Assembly (NCBI GenBank): GCA_038534095.1
Contig: JBCAXK010000001.1
Location: forward strand, 10,172-74,171
Length of the DNA stretch: 64,000 bases
Reading direction: 5' to 3'
Source of the DNA: Chlamydiota bacterium
GTDB lineage: Bacteria > Chlamydiota > Chlamydiia > Chlamydiales > SM23-39
In this document: positions 28,481-39,400 of the stretch, piece after piece
Position numbering within the stretch: the first letter of the stretch is position 1
How the letters are laid out: each line of letters begins with the position of its first letter
Notes under the pieces: generated by a model
Databases searched by the model: none
Seen by the model: the letters and a program-made list of their open reading frames with translations, nothing else
Told to the model about the DNA's origin: nothing
Program-made: the position numbers and the translations under genes

Positions 28481-28750
28481 TTATTTTCTGAGGTTCAATC
28501 TTGCAATCAGCGTTTGGTAACGTTTTGTATCTGTAGAATTGAGGTAGTCGAGCAATTTTCTTCTTTGCCCTACGAGTTTTAAAAGAGCGAGTCTTGAAGC
28601 GTGATCTTTTGGAGAGAGTTTTAAGTGTTCGGTGAGCTCGGCAATTCTCTCAGTAAGAATAGCGATTTGAACATCAGCAGATCCGGTGTCCTTTTCGTGT
28701 AATTGAAACTTTTTGGTGATTTCTTCTTTCGTACCTTTATCTAGTGACAT
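28481..28750 (-). CDS. rpsO: 30S ribosomal protein S15
   Basis: [45 protein letters not shown]. Confidence 0.97.
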   Translation of the reverse strand: MSLDKGTKEEITKKFQLHEKDTGSADVQIAILTERIAELTEHLKLSPKDHASRLALLKLVGQRRKLLDYLNSTDTKRYQTLIARLNLRK

Positions 28751-28890
28751 GAGTAACTTTTCTCCATGAAATACGCGTTAATGCAATATGCTCTTTTATG
28801 TTAAAGTCTAGAGGAAATTCGTTTATAAATCAATAGCAACCATTTTTAGAAAGCGCAGGAAAAAATTGAAATACGGGCCACGATCTTTTT

Positions 28891-29370
28891 ATGAAAAATT
28901 TTAGTAGTCAAAAGCTTGATCGGTGGTTCATGCAAGAAGCTTTACTCGAAGCCAAAAAAGCGTTTCTCGAAGAAGAGGTTCCTGTTGGAGCCGTCATTGT
29001 TCGGGAAAATCTGGTGATTGGAGCAGGGCATAATCGGGTAGAATCTCTCAAAGATGCTACGGCGCACGCAGAAATCCTTGCGCTGAAAAGTGCTAGCCAG
29101 TCTATGGGAGACTGGCGCCTTTTAGATACTACGTTGTACGTGACTTTAGAACCCTGTGTCATGTGCGCGGGAGCGATCATGCAATCCCGCGTAAAAAGAG
29201 TTGTTTTTGGAGCAAAAGACCTGCGTTTAGGAGCCAATGGCAGCTTTGTTGATCTATTTAAAGAAAAGCATCCCATGCACCAAGTAGTGATTGAAGGAGG
29301 GGTTTTGGCTGAGGAATCTTCCGTTCTATTAAAAACATTTTTTCAAAAAAGAAGATCGAAAAAAATCTAA
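28891..29370 (+). CDS. tadA: tRNA-specific adenosine deaminase
   Basis: HAEILAL and PCVMCAGA, the CDA zinc motifs. Confidence 0.9.
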   Translation: MKNFSSQKLDRWFMQEALLEAKKAFLEEEVPVGAVIVRENLVIGAGHNRVESLKDATAHAEILALKSASQSMGDWRLLDTTLYVTLEPCVMCAGAIMQSRVKRVVFGAKDLRLGANGSFVDLFKEKHPMHQVVIEGGVLAEESSVLLKTFFQKRRSKKI

Positions 29371-29547
29371 GAGACTCTTCTTAAAAAGATCCTTTGAAGA
29401 AAAAATTGTACCTATACAAGTAAAAAAACCATTCTACCAGTAAGCTCATTTTAGTGATTAGCCTTAGAAAAAACCAAAACCTTTCCTAGCAAGACCCCTT
29501 CCACTTTTGCTTTTTCGATTCATCCCTCTTTTCTCCGATAAGTGAGA

Positions 29548-30075
29548 TCAGCTGCTTGATGGTACCAAACCAAGAGCTTCTTGCATTTTTGCGATGTGGA
29601 AAGCGTTGTTTTGTAAAAACTGCGCATTTTCTTCTCCGCTGTAAATGAAACTCGATCCTAAATATTCGATCCCCAAATAGGTGCAAATGTCCTCAAAGGT
29701 CTCTTCAAAGCTTCTTGGATAGGAAGTACCAAAACTTGCAACGACAAATAACTGTTTCCCACGCAGTTTCCGTCCCAAATCCTTTCTGACGGATAGTAAA
29801 TCACTGATTCGATCAAAAAAGATTTTATGTTGCGCGCTCATCTGGTACCAATAGACAGGCGTAGCGATGATGAGCGTATCGTAGTTTAAGAGATCTTCTA
29901 TAAGGGGGATGAAATCATCCCCTATGTTTCGATGGGCATAGTCAAAAGGGGTGATGGTAAAATCACTTAGATCGTGGAGCGGAAAGGAAAAAGCTCCTAG
30001 GAGCTCATCGACCACTTTTCTTGTATTGCCATCGCTTCTTGAAGAACCAAAAAGAATCACAGGTTTTTTTTGCAT
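29548..30075 (-). CDS. flavodoxin-like fold NAD(P)H-dependent FMN reductase family protein
   Basis: ILFGSSRSDGNT... and LIIATPVYWYQMSAQHKIFFDR, typical of flavodoxin-like/NADPH-FMN reductase proteins. Confidence 0.7.
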   Translation of the reverse strand: MQKKPVILFGSSRSDGNTRKVVDELLGAFSFPLHDLSDFTITPFDYAHRNIGDDFIPLIEDLLNYDTLIIATPVYWYQMSAQHKIFFDRISDLLSVRKDLGRKLRGKQLFVVASFGTSYPRSFEETFEDICTYLGIEYLGSSFIYSGEENAQFLQNNAFHIAKMQEALGLVPSSS

Positions 30076-30188
30076 GGGTTAGACATCCTATAGATTTTCC
30101 TCCGTTAGAACACCGAAGACCTGTGTCTTTTTATTCGTTTTCCCCAAGTGTTTTTCAGAAACTTGGGGAAGGGCTCATCAAAGAGAGG

Positions 30189-32915
30189 TTAGGCTGTCCC
30201 TGGCTCGGGGCTTGGAGAAATGCCAGAAGAGGAAGAGATTGAATCATCACACGTCGGAGGCTTGGGAGGAATGATCTTATTTTTTTGATCAAGATCTTTG
30301 AGCCTCTTCCTTTTTTTCTCTGCGTCCCAATCGCCGTCCATGATGGATTGTACATCTTCTGCGTCGAGAGTTTCAAATTCCATCAGCATATCGGTCATCA
30401 GCTGCACTTTTTCTTTACGCTCTTCGATAATTTTGTAAGCTCGATCGTAAGCATCTTGCAGAAGTTTATGAATTTCTGCGTCAATCTGACGAGCCGTTTC
30501 TTCCGAATAACTTTTCTCTGAGCGGTTCGACATCCCCAAATACTGCCCCGACTCGCTACGCTCATCGTAAGAAACAAGCCCAATCGCGTCGCTCATCCCC
30601 CACTCACAGACCATGCTACGGGCCATTGCTGTTGCGTGAGCAATGTCCTGCCTAGCACCTGATGACTGATCTTGCACAAAAAGATTTTCCGCAGCGCGAC
30701 CTCCCATCAGCACGGCCAAAATATCGATCACCTCTTTTTTCCAGTAGCCAAGGCGGTTTTTTTTCGGCATAAAATGGGTCGATCCAAGGGAGCTTCCTCT
30801 TGGAATGATCGTCACCTTATCGATCGGATCGTAATGCTGGACCATCAGGCCTACAACGGCATGTCCCGATTCGTGATAAGCAGTAGTTTTCTTTTCTGAC
30901 TCATCCATTTCAAGACTTTTGCGCTCTTTACCGAAACGGACCTTATCGCACGCTTCTCTTGTTTCTGCTTCTGTAACTGCAGACCTGCCTTTTCTCGCGG
31001 CTAAAAGGGCCGCTTCATTCAAAATATTTTCTAAGTCAGCGCCTGATGACCCTGGGGTTTTCTTAGCAATACTGAGCAGGCTCACAGAAGCGTCAATTTT
31101 GATTTTTCGCGCGTGCACTTTTAAGATTTCATGGCGCCCTTTCACATCGGGCAAGTCGAGAACAACCCTCCGATCAAAACGTCCTGGACGAAGGAGCGCT
31201 TTATCCAAAATATCGGGACGATTCGTCGCTGCGATCAAAATCACCCCTTCTCTTGTATCAAAACCATCCATTTCTACAAGAAGCTGGTTTAAGGTTTGCT
31301 CTCTTTCATCGTGACCTCCTCCGATGCCAGCTCCCCTATGCCGTCCTACAGCGTCAATTTCATCCATAAAAATGATGCAGGGTGCATTTTTTTTCGCCTG
31401 ATCAAACATGTCCCGGATACGACTGGCCCCAACGCCCACAAACATTTCGACAAAATCTGAGCCTGAAATGGAAAAAAAGGGGCGATTTGCCTCTCCTGCA
31501 ACCGCTTTCGCAATGAGCGTTTTTCCCGTTCCTGGAGGTCCTACTAGGAGGACACCTTTTGGAATTTTTGCTCCAAGGGCTGTGAACTTGCCAGGGTCAC
31601 GTAAAAAATCGACAATTTCCTTGAGCTCTTCTTTCGATTCTTCAGCGCCAGCAACATCTTTGAAGGTGATTTTGTTCGCTTCTTTCGTCAATAAACGGGC
31701 AGGCGATTTACCAAAATTCATGGCTGTTGATCCCATCCCCTTCATTTGTCTAGAGAAAATGAAGTAGAGAAGAGCGGCAACAATGATGACGGGCAGAAAA
31801 GTGAAAATGTAGCCGAAGTAATTGGGGGAAGGTTCTTCACTTTTATAACGCGTTTGCAAAACCGCGTTGATTGGCTGATCGGGAGCCTTAAAATATAACC
31901 CCTGATTTTGACTGAAATTTTCCCACTCTTTCTTACCCTGTTTGAACCAGCGGAAAAAAGATTCTCGATCCTGTTTTTCGAGCTGATTGGTACTAATTTC
32001 CTGGTTGTTAAAAAACCAGATCACATCGGCAACCTTAGCGCGCGCTTTTTTCAAAAGGGGGCGTTGCTGACTTAGCTCATCAAATATGAGGGCATATTGC
32101 GCTACATCTTCGGTGTAAGCGCGGAGAGATCGGAGCGTTTGCAAACGGAGACCTTCCCCTTCTTGATCGATTTTCGTGGTGATTTCTCTTAAAGAGCCTA
32201 AAACGCTACGCACCTTTTCTAATGACGAAAAGCTCGCGTTCATCGAACGCACTTCTTGATTGAGGTTTTGAAGAGTTTCTTTGCTAGAGCTATCCCCAAT
32301 GCCAAGCGACGGGGATTGATAGAGCTGCACAAGGGACAAAAGATCTTTTTGAAAGGCCGCTAGATCAGCAGAAGTCCTCAAAGAAGGGAGGCGCTCTTCC
32401 ATAGAGGCTAAATTGATCGAGCTTATCTTAGGAGCCTTTTCGATCACAATAGCGTTTTGCCGATCTGGAGTATCGTACATACGGCCAACGACCACGTAGC
32501 CACTTTCAGGAACACTCAGCCCCGAAATACTCAGGAAGTAGGTGGCGGCGGCTGTTACATTTTTCTTAAGGATGGTTAAAGATGCGCTCAGTTTTTCTTT
32601 TTCTACAGCCCATTCTTGCTGTTGATTGAGGAGGGTAAGGTACTGAAAACGCTCTTTCCCTTCTGCGCTGACCTGGCCCAGAAAACGGCCAGAAAAGGTG
32701 ACAAGATTGTCATTAACCGCCACTTTGCGGCTTTGATCACGGTCGATCAAGTGTAAATTTTCGAGATGCTCTAGCTGATGGCTATACGATACCCGTCCCA
32801 TTTTTCCAGGCGAGAGACTTTGCAGTGTCAAGATAATCAAAATGATCGCAAAAATAAAAACAAGGAATCCTCCAGGAACGCCTCTTCTTGGGGGAGTGTT
32901 GTTAAAATCAGCCAT
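30189..32915 (-). CDS. ftsH: ATP-dependent zinc metalloprotease FtsH with a very large periplasmic insert
   Basis: [16 protein letters not shown] region, and HESGHA. About 330 aa lie between TM1 ([15 protein letters not shown]) and TM2 ([19 protein letters not shown]). Confidence 0.97.
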   Translation of the reverse strand: MADFNNTPPRRGVPGGFLVFIFAIILIILTLQSLSPGKMGRVSYSHQLEHLENLHLIDRDQSRKVAVNDNLVTFSGRFLGQVSAEGKERFQYLTLLNQQQEWAVEKEKLSASLTILKKNVTAAATYFLSISGLSVPESGYVVVGRMYDTPDRQNAIVIEKAPKISSINLASMEERLPSLRTSADLAAFQKDLLSLVQLYQSPSLGIGDSSSKETLQNLNQEVRSMNASFSSLEKVRSVLGSLREITTKIDQEGEGLRLQTLRSLRAYTEDVAQYALIFDELSQQRPLLKKARAKVADVIWFFNNQEISTNQLEKQDRESFFRWFKQGKKEWENFSQNQGLYFKAPDQPINAVLQTRYKSEEPSPNYFGYIFTFLPVIIVAALLYFIFSRQMKGMGSTAMNFGKSPARLLTKEANKITFKDVAGAEESKEELKEIVDFLRDPGKFTALGAKIPKGVLLVGPPGTGKTLIAKAVAGEANRPFFSISGSDFVEMFVGVGASRIRDMFDQAKKNAPCIIFMDEIDAVGRHRGAGIGGGHDEREQTLNQLLVEMDGFDTREGVILIAATNRPDILDKALLRPGRFDRRVVLDLPDVKGRHEILKVHARKIKIDASVSLLSIAKKTPGSSGADLENILNEAALLAARKGRSAVTEAETREACDKVRFGKERKSLEMDESEKKTTAYHESGHAVVGLMVQHYDPIDKVTIIPRGSSLGSTHFMPKKNRLGYWKKEVIDILAVLMGGRAAENLFVQDQSSGARQDIAHATAMARSMVCEWGMSDAIGLVSYDERSESGQYLGMSNRSEKSYSEETARQIDAEIHKLLQDAYDRAYKIIEERKEKVQLMTDMLMEFETLDAEDVQSIMDGDWDAEKKRKRLKDLDQKNKIIPPKPPTCDDSISSSSGISPSPEPGTA

Positions 32916-33097
32916 CGATAACTTCCCTTATGTAATTGGTTTTGTAATCTTTGAATAGCAAAAATTGCTTCATTACATCATACGATGCATTTTTTCGTAA
33001 AGATTTGCGCTAATAAAGAATTGAAAAATCCCCCTATATAGTATAGCCTCATCCCCATTTTGGAATATAGCAAAAACAAATGTTTATGGGGAGAGTT

Positions 33098-34375
33098 TTA
33101 TACAGAAACAAGATCCTCAAAAAAAAACTCTACGCAAACACCTAAAGAAAGCTGCGAGCAAAATGGTGTGTACACTTCCCCGTGGTCACTCATAAGAACA
33201 AGGCACTCGTTTCTAATGGGGAGGGGGATCTTTTGCTTGCCGAGTTTTTTCCTCCAATACGTTGAAGCGCGCTTTACAGTATAATAGTTCCCTTTTGGCA
33301 CAAAAAAAGAGACCTTTCCTTGAAAGTAGTCGGTCCATGAATACTCCCTTCTACAAGATTCTTCTAAGCCGTCGCCTAGATAAAACCGTTTTTCGTGTAG
33401 GTGATCTGTGGCATCAGATGTCTTGTTCAAAAAAAAGAGCGCATCTTGATGGAGGTAGAGCGTTGTGTTCTTAAGAGGTAAAGAAACAGAAGATTTTTTC
33501 TGCGCGGTCCAAACAAGCAGCTCCTCCAAAGGGGCTCTTTTACAAAAGTCCCCCCTTTTTTCTAGCAATTTTTGAATCAGGTATTTTTTTTCAAAATCGC
33601 TCATAGCAGAAATGTTGGGGACCATCATTCCAAAGGGTCCCTCGATCTGTTGGTCAAGCCGCTTTTGGACAGTTTGCTCCAAATACTTAGATAGGTCCTG
33701 ACTTTGTTTAGCAAGGTGGATCAGGCTTTTTTGTACCCCTTTCCCAAAAGATGCCTCTAATTGAGGTAAGAGGTGCTGCCTTAGGCGCGCCCGAAGATAC
33801 TTCGTACAGTGATTCGTCGGATCTTCTAGGTAGGTTTTTCCTATTCCGTTTAAAAAGTGTAGAAGCTCTTTTTCAGAAACGTCCAATAAGGGGCGAAAAA
33901 TCGTGAGATTCCCTAGGTGTTTTTTCGGCAACATGCCATGGAGTTTTTGAAGAGAGGCCCCTTCAAGTAGACGTTTGAGAACCGTTTCGGCTTGATCTTG
34001 ACGGTGATGGGCTAAAACGATCCCTTGCGCGCCCGTTTTTTCCGCCACCTCGTTAAAAAAGGAGAGGCGATCTTCACGCGCTCGATCCTCACGATTATTT
34101 TGCTCACTGCGCACAATTTTTTTGGTATACACCGCTTTTTTAAGAAAAGCGGCCTCTTTCCTTATCTCCTTTTCTTCTTGATCTGCTTCTTTTCGCCACC
34201 CATGATTGATGTGGACAATAATCGTAGGAAACGGGGGCTTAAGAGCGTGAAGGGCGTAGAGAAGCGCCTTCGAATCGCGCCCCCCTGAATACCCCACCAT
34301 AAGAGGCTTTTTCGGAGACAAGCTACTCATCCACTTTGATAATTGAGAAAAGAATCTGGGCTCTGAAGAGAACAT
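33098..34375 (-). CDS. tilS: tRNA(Ile)-lysidine synthase
   Basis: VGYSGGRDS PP-loop, HINHGWR, DPTN. Confidence 0.85.
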   Translation of the reverse strand: MFSSEPRFFSQLSKWMSSLSPKKPLMVGYSGGRDSKALLYALHALKPPFPTIIVHINHGWRKEADQEEKEIRKEAAFLKKAVYTKKIVRSEQNNREDRAREDRLSFFNEVAEKTGAQGIVLAHHRQDQAETVLKRLLEGASLQKLHGMLPKKHLGNLTIFRPLLDVSEKELLHFLNGIGKTYLEDPTNHCTKYLRARLRQHLLPQLEASFGKGVQKSLIHLAKQSQDLSKYLEQTVQKRLDQQIEGPFGMMVPNISAMSDFEKKYLIQKLLEKRGDFCKRAPLEELLVWTAQKKSSVSLPLKNTTLYLHQDALFFLNKTSDATDHLHEKRFYLGDGLEESCRREYSWTDYFQGKVSFFVPKGNYYTVKRASTYWRKKLGKQKIPLPIRNECLVLMSDHGEVYTPFCSQLSLGVCVEFFFEDLVSV

Positions 34376-34391
34376 CGAATATAGTAGGGGT

Positions 34392-35432
34392 ATGACGCTT
34401 TTTTTGTATTTGCTGCGGCTCTTTTTGTGCCGGTTTTTTTTGTGCTTTTTCAGCCTTTGCGCAGGTCTAATCGTTACAAGATTTACCTCTTTGCACCTGT
34501 TTTTTTCTTTAAACCCGAGCTGGAAGCTCTTTTTTACGTTTGTAGTTTACCAAACGGCGTATATTATTCCGATGGCTATTGCAGGTGCCAGCATGCTAGC
34601 ATCGATCCTATTCATGTTGCAACTAGAAGAAAGCGGACAAGGAATCGCCCTTCGCTCATCAGGACTCCCTTTCTTCTATCTTTTTTTTCCTCCTTTTCTT
34701 GTATCTCTTGTATTTTGTTCCCTCTGTTTTTTTGCAGGAGAGGTGGCAAGTGGGGCAAAGACGCATCAAAGAGGCCTTGTACAAGAGGCTGTGAAACACT
34801 CCCCTGCCGCATTACTCCGCTTGCAAATATTCCCTAACACCTCTCTCTGGTGGCAAAATGCTCCCTACCACCCGACGCTCCTGATAGGAGAAGAAAATGG
34901 GCAGGAATTTCTTCTATCGGGATCGATGGAATCTACCGCAAGCGCCATCAAAAGCGAGCGCCTTTCTTGGATTTCATGCAAAAACCAGCGTGGCACCCCC
35001 CCTTTTTTCCCTGAAATCCAGATTGATGCCTACGAAGATGCCTGCCTTGAGCTAAAAGCGCTCGCTCTACTCGAAAAACCTTCTCAAGAAAAACCAAGAT
35101 ACTTGCTTAGCAAAACCCTTTGGAAAAGGCGTTGTGGCGATGAGGCTCAAAAACATCTTCATGAACTTTTCCGCCGGATTTCTCTAAGCCTTTCTCCTTG
35201 CACCCTCACCTTTTTAGGGATGGCAATGATCCTTGGAATAGAACGGTTGCGGCGCCCCCCGGTTCTTGCGAAGGTGTTTGCCTGTTTTCTACTCTTTTTT
35301 CTGTTCTATTTTCTAGCAAAACTCTTCAAAGAAAGTGCTTTTCTTAGCTCCCTCTTTTTCTGCCTCAATCACCTTCTCCTTTTGGCTCTAGGGGCCGTTC
35401 ATTTACATCAGTATAGAAAGGGCTTACCATGA
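34392..35432 (+). CDS. lptF: LptF/LptG (YjgP/YjgQ) family permease
   Basis: Six-TM layout with a central periplasmic domain and a GIALRSSGLPF motif region. It is paired with a second family member through a 4-nt overlap. Confidence 0.7.
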   Translation: MTLFLYLLRLFLCRFFLCFFSLCAGLIVTRFTSLHLFFSLNPSWKLFFTFVVYQTAYIIPMAIAGASMLASILFMLQLEESGQGIALRSSGLPFFYLFFPPFLVSLVFCSLCFFAGEVASGAKTHQRGLVQEAVKHSPAALLRLQIFPNTSLWWQNAPYHPTLLIGEENGQEFLLSGSMESTASAIKSERLSWISCKNQRGTPPFFPEIQIDAYEDACLELKALALLEKPSQEKPRYLLSKTLWKRRCGDEAQKHLHELFRRISLSLSPCTLTFLGMAMILGIERLRRPPVLAKVFACFLLFFLFYFLAKLFKESAFLSSLFFCLNHLLLLALGAVHLHQYRKGLP

Positions 35433-36409
35433 ATCTTGCTCTTCGATGGATCTTTTGCCGATATTTTCTCTCTTGGCTTAGCTACTCCCTATGTTTAGTA
35501 GTATTTTATATGCTTGTAGAGCTCCTGCTGGCTTTCCCCCATACGCATGCTAGCGCTCCTACCACTACAGCGTTTGCGATCTTGGCCTTCCGCGCTCTTG
35601 AGCAAAGCCATCTTATTGCGATCATCGCATTTTATCTCAGTTTATTGACCATAGCAGCGCAAATAGAATCACAACAAGAATGGCTCCCCCTTGCGATCAG
35701 TGGCCTTACAAGAAAGCGGTTTTTTTTCCCCTCCCTTCTTTTAGCCTGTCTTTTGAGCCTGCTTTGCATGGTACACGAAGAGTACCTGCAGCCTTATGCT
35801 CATGAACAGCTCTGTTTTTGGGAAAAGAGGCCCCCTTCTCCAAACGCTCTTTACTTTGAAGATGCTAGCGCTCTTCTTTACGCAACCAAAAGCGACCAGA
35901 ATATCTATCGGGTCTATTGGATCAAAAATGACCAAGAACTGTGGCGTATGGAGCAATTCGACCTGCAGAAAAGAAGGGGCAACTTTGTCGATCATTTCGT
36001 AAAAAATGCAGAAGGACTTTTTGTAAAAAGCGGTTCTTGGGAACAACGATCTTTTCACGAAATGCCCCTTTTTACCTGTGGCAGAGGGGGCCTACGTACC
36101 TTATGTGAAGAGATTAGTTCTTTCGGCTATCCGACAAAACGTTCGATGAGGGGCGCTGGGGCTACCATTGCGGGGGGATGCTTTCCTCTTGTAGCCTCCC
36201 TTCTCCTTTTCCCTTTTTGCGCACGCTTTGAAGAGAAAACCTCAAGGAGAAAAGCAGGCCGGTACGGACTTGTGGGAGGGATTCTCCTCTATTTTGTACA
36301 AACAGCGCTACTAACCTGTATCCCCCTTTCGGAAAGCTTGTGGCTCACTTTTTCTCTTATCTACTTGAGCAGCTGGGGGATTGGGATTGGTTTATACTTA
36401 CGCGGCTAA
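35429..36409 (+). CDS. lptG: LptF/LptG (YjgP/YjgQ) family permease
   Basis: Same architecture as its neighbour, translationally coupled to it. From memory, the position next to tilS-ftsH matches chlamydial synteny. Confidence 0.65.
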   Translation: MNLALRWIFCRYFLSWLSYSLCLVVFYMLVELLLAFPHTHASAPTTTAFAILAFRALEQSHLIAIIAFYLSLLTIAAQIESQQEWLPLAISGLTRKRFFFPSLLLACLLSLLCMVHEEYLQPYAHEQLCFWEKRPPSPNALYFEDASALLYATKSDQNIYRVYWIKNDQELWRMEQFDLQKRRGNFVDHFVKNAEGLFVKSGSWEQRSFHEMPLFTCGRGGLRTLCEEISSFGYPTKRSMRGAGATIAGGCFPLVASLLLFPFCARFEEKTSRRKAGRYGLVGGILLYFVQTALLTCIPLSESLWLTFSLIYLSSWGIGIGLYLRG

Positions 36410-39400
36410 TTTCTGCGCTTAAAGCTTCTAGAGGGTTTTCATAATAGCGCTTTGGATTTTTTGTCACCCACATCCCATGCTCAGGCGAGTAATACCGATT
36501 TTTGTAATACACCTTATTCGAATAGGAATCTACGCGGGATGAAGCAAAGCGCCACGGATTGATCCAAGGCACATCGAGCACGTTGATTTCCTCACCAAAC
36601 AGGGTGAAGTTGGACTGCTCAACTAGCGCAAGATTTTCTCCAAGAAGACCTACGGTATTGCCAAAAAAATCTTGTAACGGGTAGTAGATTTCATCATAAA
36701 GCTCTAAACAGATCATACGAGGAAATGGACTCACATCTGGATTTTTTAGGACGCGCATTTCGACCAAAGAACCTTTTTGATAACGACCAATCTCTAGCTC
36801 CCCATCATAGAGAAACTGGGTATCATACTTCTTCTTCCAGTGGGTCTCATCGGGCTCAAATACGCTCATGCCAATCCTTCTATGATACCCGTCGTAATCG
36901 TAATGTATATTGAACTTGTCCTCAATCGCGTAGCAAATCAAACGGTCGAGCGCATCGTAGGTATACAAAATTGTTTTGTTCCCAAGAATTTCTGAACAAA
37001 GATTTCCATTTTTATCATAAATTAACTTAATTCTTGTTCCCTTTCCAATCTCTTGGTGATGCTCTTTTTCTCCGAGGTCCTGACCCCACAGTGGCTTGCG
37101 TATCCAGTCAGAATAGTCCTTAGACACAATGCCGCTCTCTTGTAAGGGATGCCCTAAAGGATCGTACAAGAAGAGATCTTCTTCTTTATGACCATAAATT
37201 GTGGTTTCAAGTGTTTCGATCGCTCCACTTGGACCGGTAGCTAGAATTTTTTGTCGAAACTTTTCTTGAGACTTTTCGATCAATCTACCACCCTGGTCAT
37301 ACTGGTATAGCGTATCAAAAGAGGAGCGCTCCCGAAGCACATTGCCTGCTAAATCATATTGCAAACACTGGTGTGAAAACACCTTTTCTCCATAATGATC
37401 ATAACGGGAAATAGAGCTGAGATAGATAGGATCGTATTTATACACAACGCGTGAGGTGTCGGGGAGGGAGATTTCTGTTTTTTGCCCCATCGAATTGTAA
37501 TCAAACTGCAAAAAAAGACCATTTTCTAATATCTCTTTTGCAAGGCGCCCTTCTCGATTATATACTCTCGCGGTTTTTTGCCCTGTGAGATGATCCTGAC
37601 AACCAAGAGACCTCCCATACGCATCGTAAAAGTACGTGTAATCAACAGTCCCATCAGAAGAGAAAAGACGCGTCAAGCGATCTTGAAAATCATAGTTCCT
37701 TGTAATCGCTACTCCATCGGGTTTAAACGTCTCAAACAACTTCCCTGTAGGTGTATAGGTGTAGTAATACTGCCGTTCTAATTCTGAATCAGCAAACTCA
37801 ATCAGGGATTGAATCTGATTCATCGTATTGTACTCATAGGCATTTTTGGTCACCCTTTTTTCTCCCATTGGAGTAAAGAGCGTTTCTGCATGCTCAATAA
37901 GATTGCCTCGAAAGTCGTAAAAATAGGCATCTTCTTCGAGAAGGCTCTCACCATGCCTTTTTTTGCTACTAACAAGACGTCCTAAAGCGTCGCGGAGTTC
38001 TACCACTTCGATTCCTGAAGGATTTTTCCTAGTCTGCTCTTCAAGAATAAGACCGTTTTCTAATTGATGCTTTTCATAGAAATAGTCGGTGCGTCTCCCT
38101 TCAGGGTCGATGGTATGGGTGAGCCTCAAAAATCCATCATAGGCTCTTGTTGTTAATGAAGGTGCATTATTAACGTAAGAAACGGTATTGATACAACAGT
38201 CCATTGGATCATACCGGTACGATTCTCGGAATAAAATCCGATTTCTTGGATAGTCTTCCTGGATAGACTTTTCGATCACCCTACCCAAAAAGTCCCTTGT
38301 ATATTCCTCATGAAACTGCGTTCCTGTATTATGATGCCGCACTTTTGTTAAACGCCCTAACGGATCGTACTCATAAAACTCGATATTTTGTCCCATTTTT
38401 TTCCCAACTTTTTTCCCCGAAAAATCGTAGGTATACAAAATAGGATTTCCCTCTTCATCTGTTTCTGACAAAAGGTGAAACGCGTCGTAGGTTTTTCGTC
38501 TTTCTTGTAAGACTTTTCCAGTAGGAGAAACGACTTGTTCCGATAAGCAGCGACCAAATCCATCGTATGCGTAACGGGTAACGACTCCTAAAGCATTGGT
38601 GATACTCTGCAACCGACCTGCTGAGTCATAGGTGCGTAGTTCTTTGGTTCCATCAGCATATTCTATTGAGGCCAATTGATCATCTAGCGTGTAGGTCATG
38701 GCCGTTTCTTGTTTTTTTTCAAACCACTCCTCGATCAATCGACCATAGGAATCATAATGGGAAGTATAGGTGGGCCTACGAACGACGCCACTTTTTGTGC
38801 TGACTGCAGGGGTAATGCGTTTCACCATCTGCCCAAGACGGTTATACTGATAATTCTCTACTTGGCCCAAGTAATTTTTCTTCTTGATCATCCTTCCTAA
38901 AAGATCGTAGGAAAAACGTTCATGGTGCGTTTCTTCTTCATCAGAAATGGTCTCTTTTAAGATCACCTGCCCTAACGAATTGAACGACCGTAACGTTTTC
39001 CTCTTCCCTTGAATCTCTTCTTCTCCGATCCTCCGATGATGCTCATCATGAAACACCATGTTTGCGTAAAGAGCATTTGACTCCCGTTTTAGAAGTCCCT
39101 TCTCATCGTAAGCAACCTTTTCTGCGTAGCAATATGCGCCCGTTGCGTCGTACACCGCTTTTTTGGTCACTTTTCCTAAATGGTTGTATTGAAACGTTTC
39201 TTTACCCGAAAAAACGTCCTGCTGGTTTTTAGCATCGTAGTACCAATGCTCTTTGATATCTACAATGCCAATAAAGGGCGCTTCCGTTCTCAAAAGATAT
39301 TTGGTGATCTGCCTCTGCGTAACTCCGTCTAAATCGTTTTTTGCAAAACTTTTCCCATCATCTACAATCTGAGCAATCCGTTGTCCATGGGCGTCGTATT

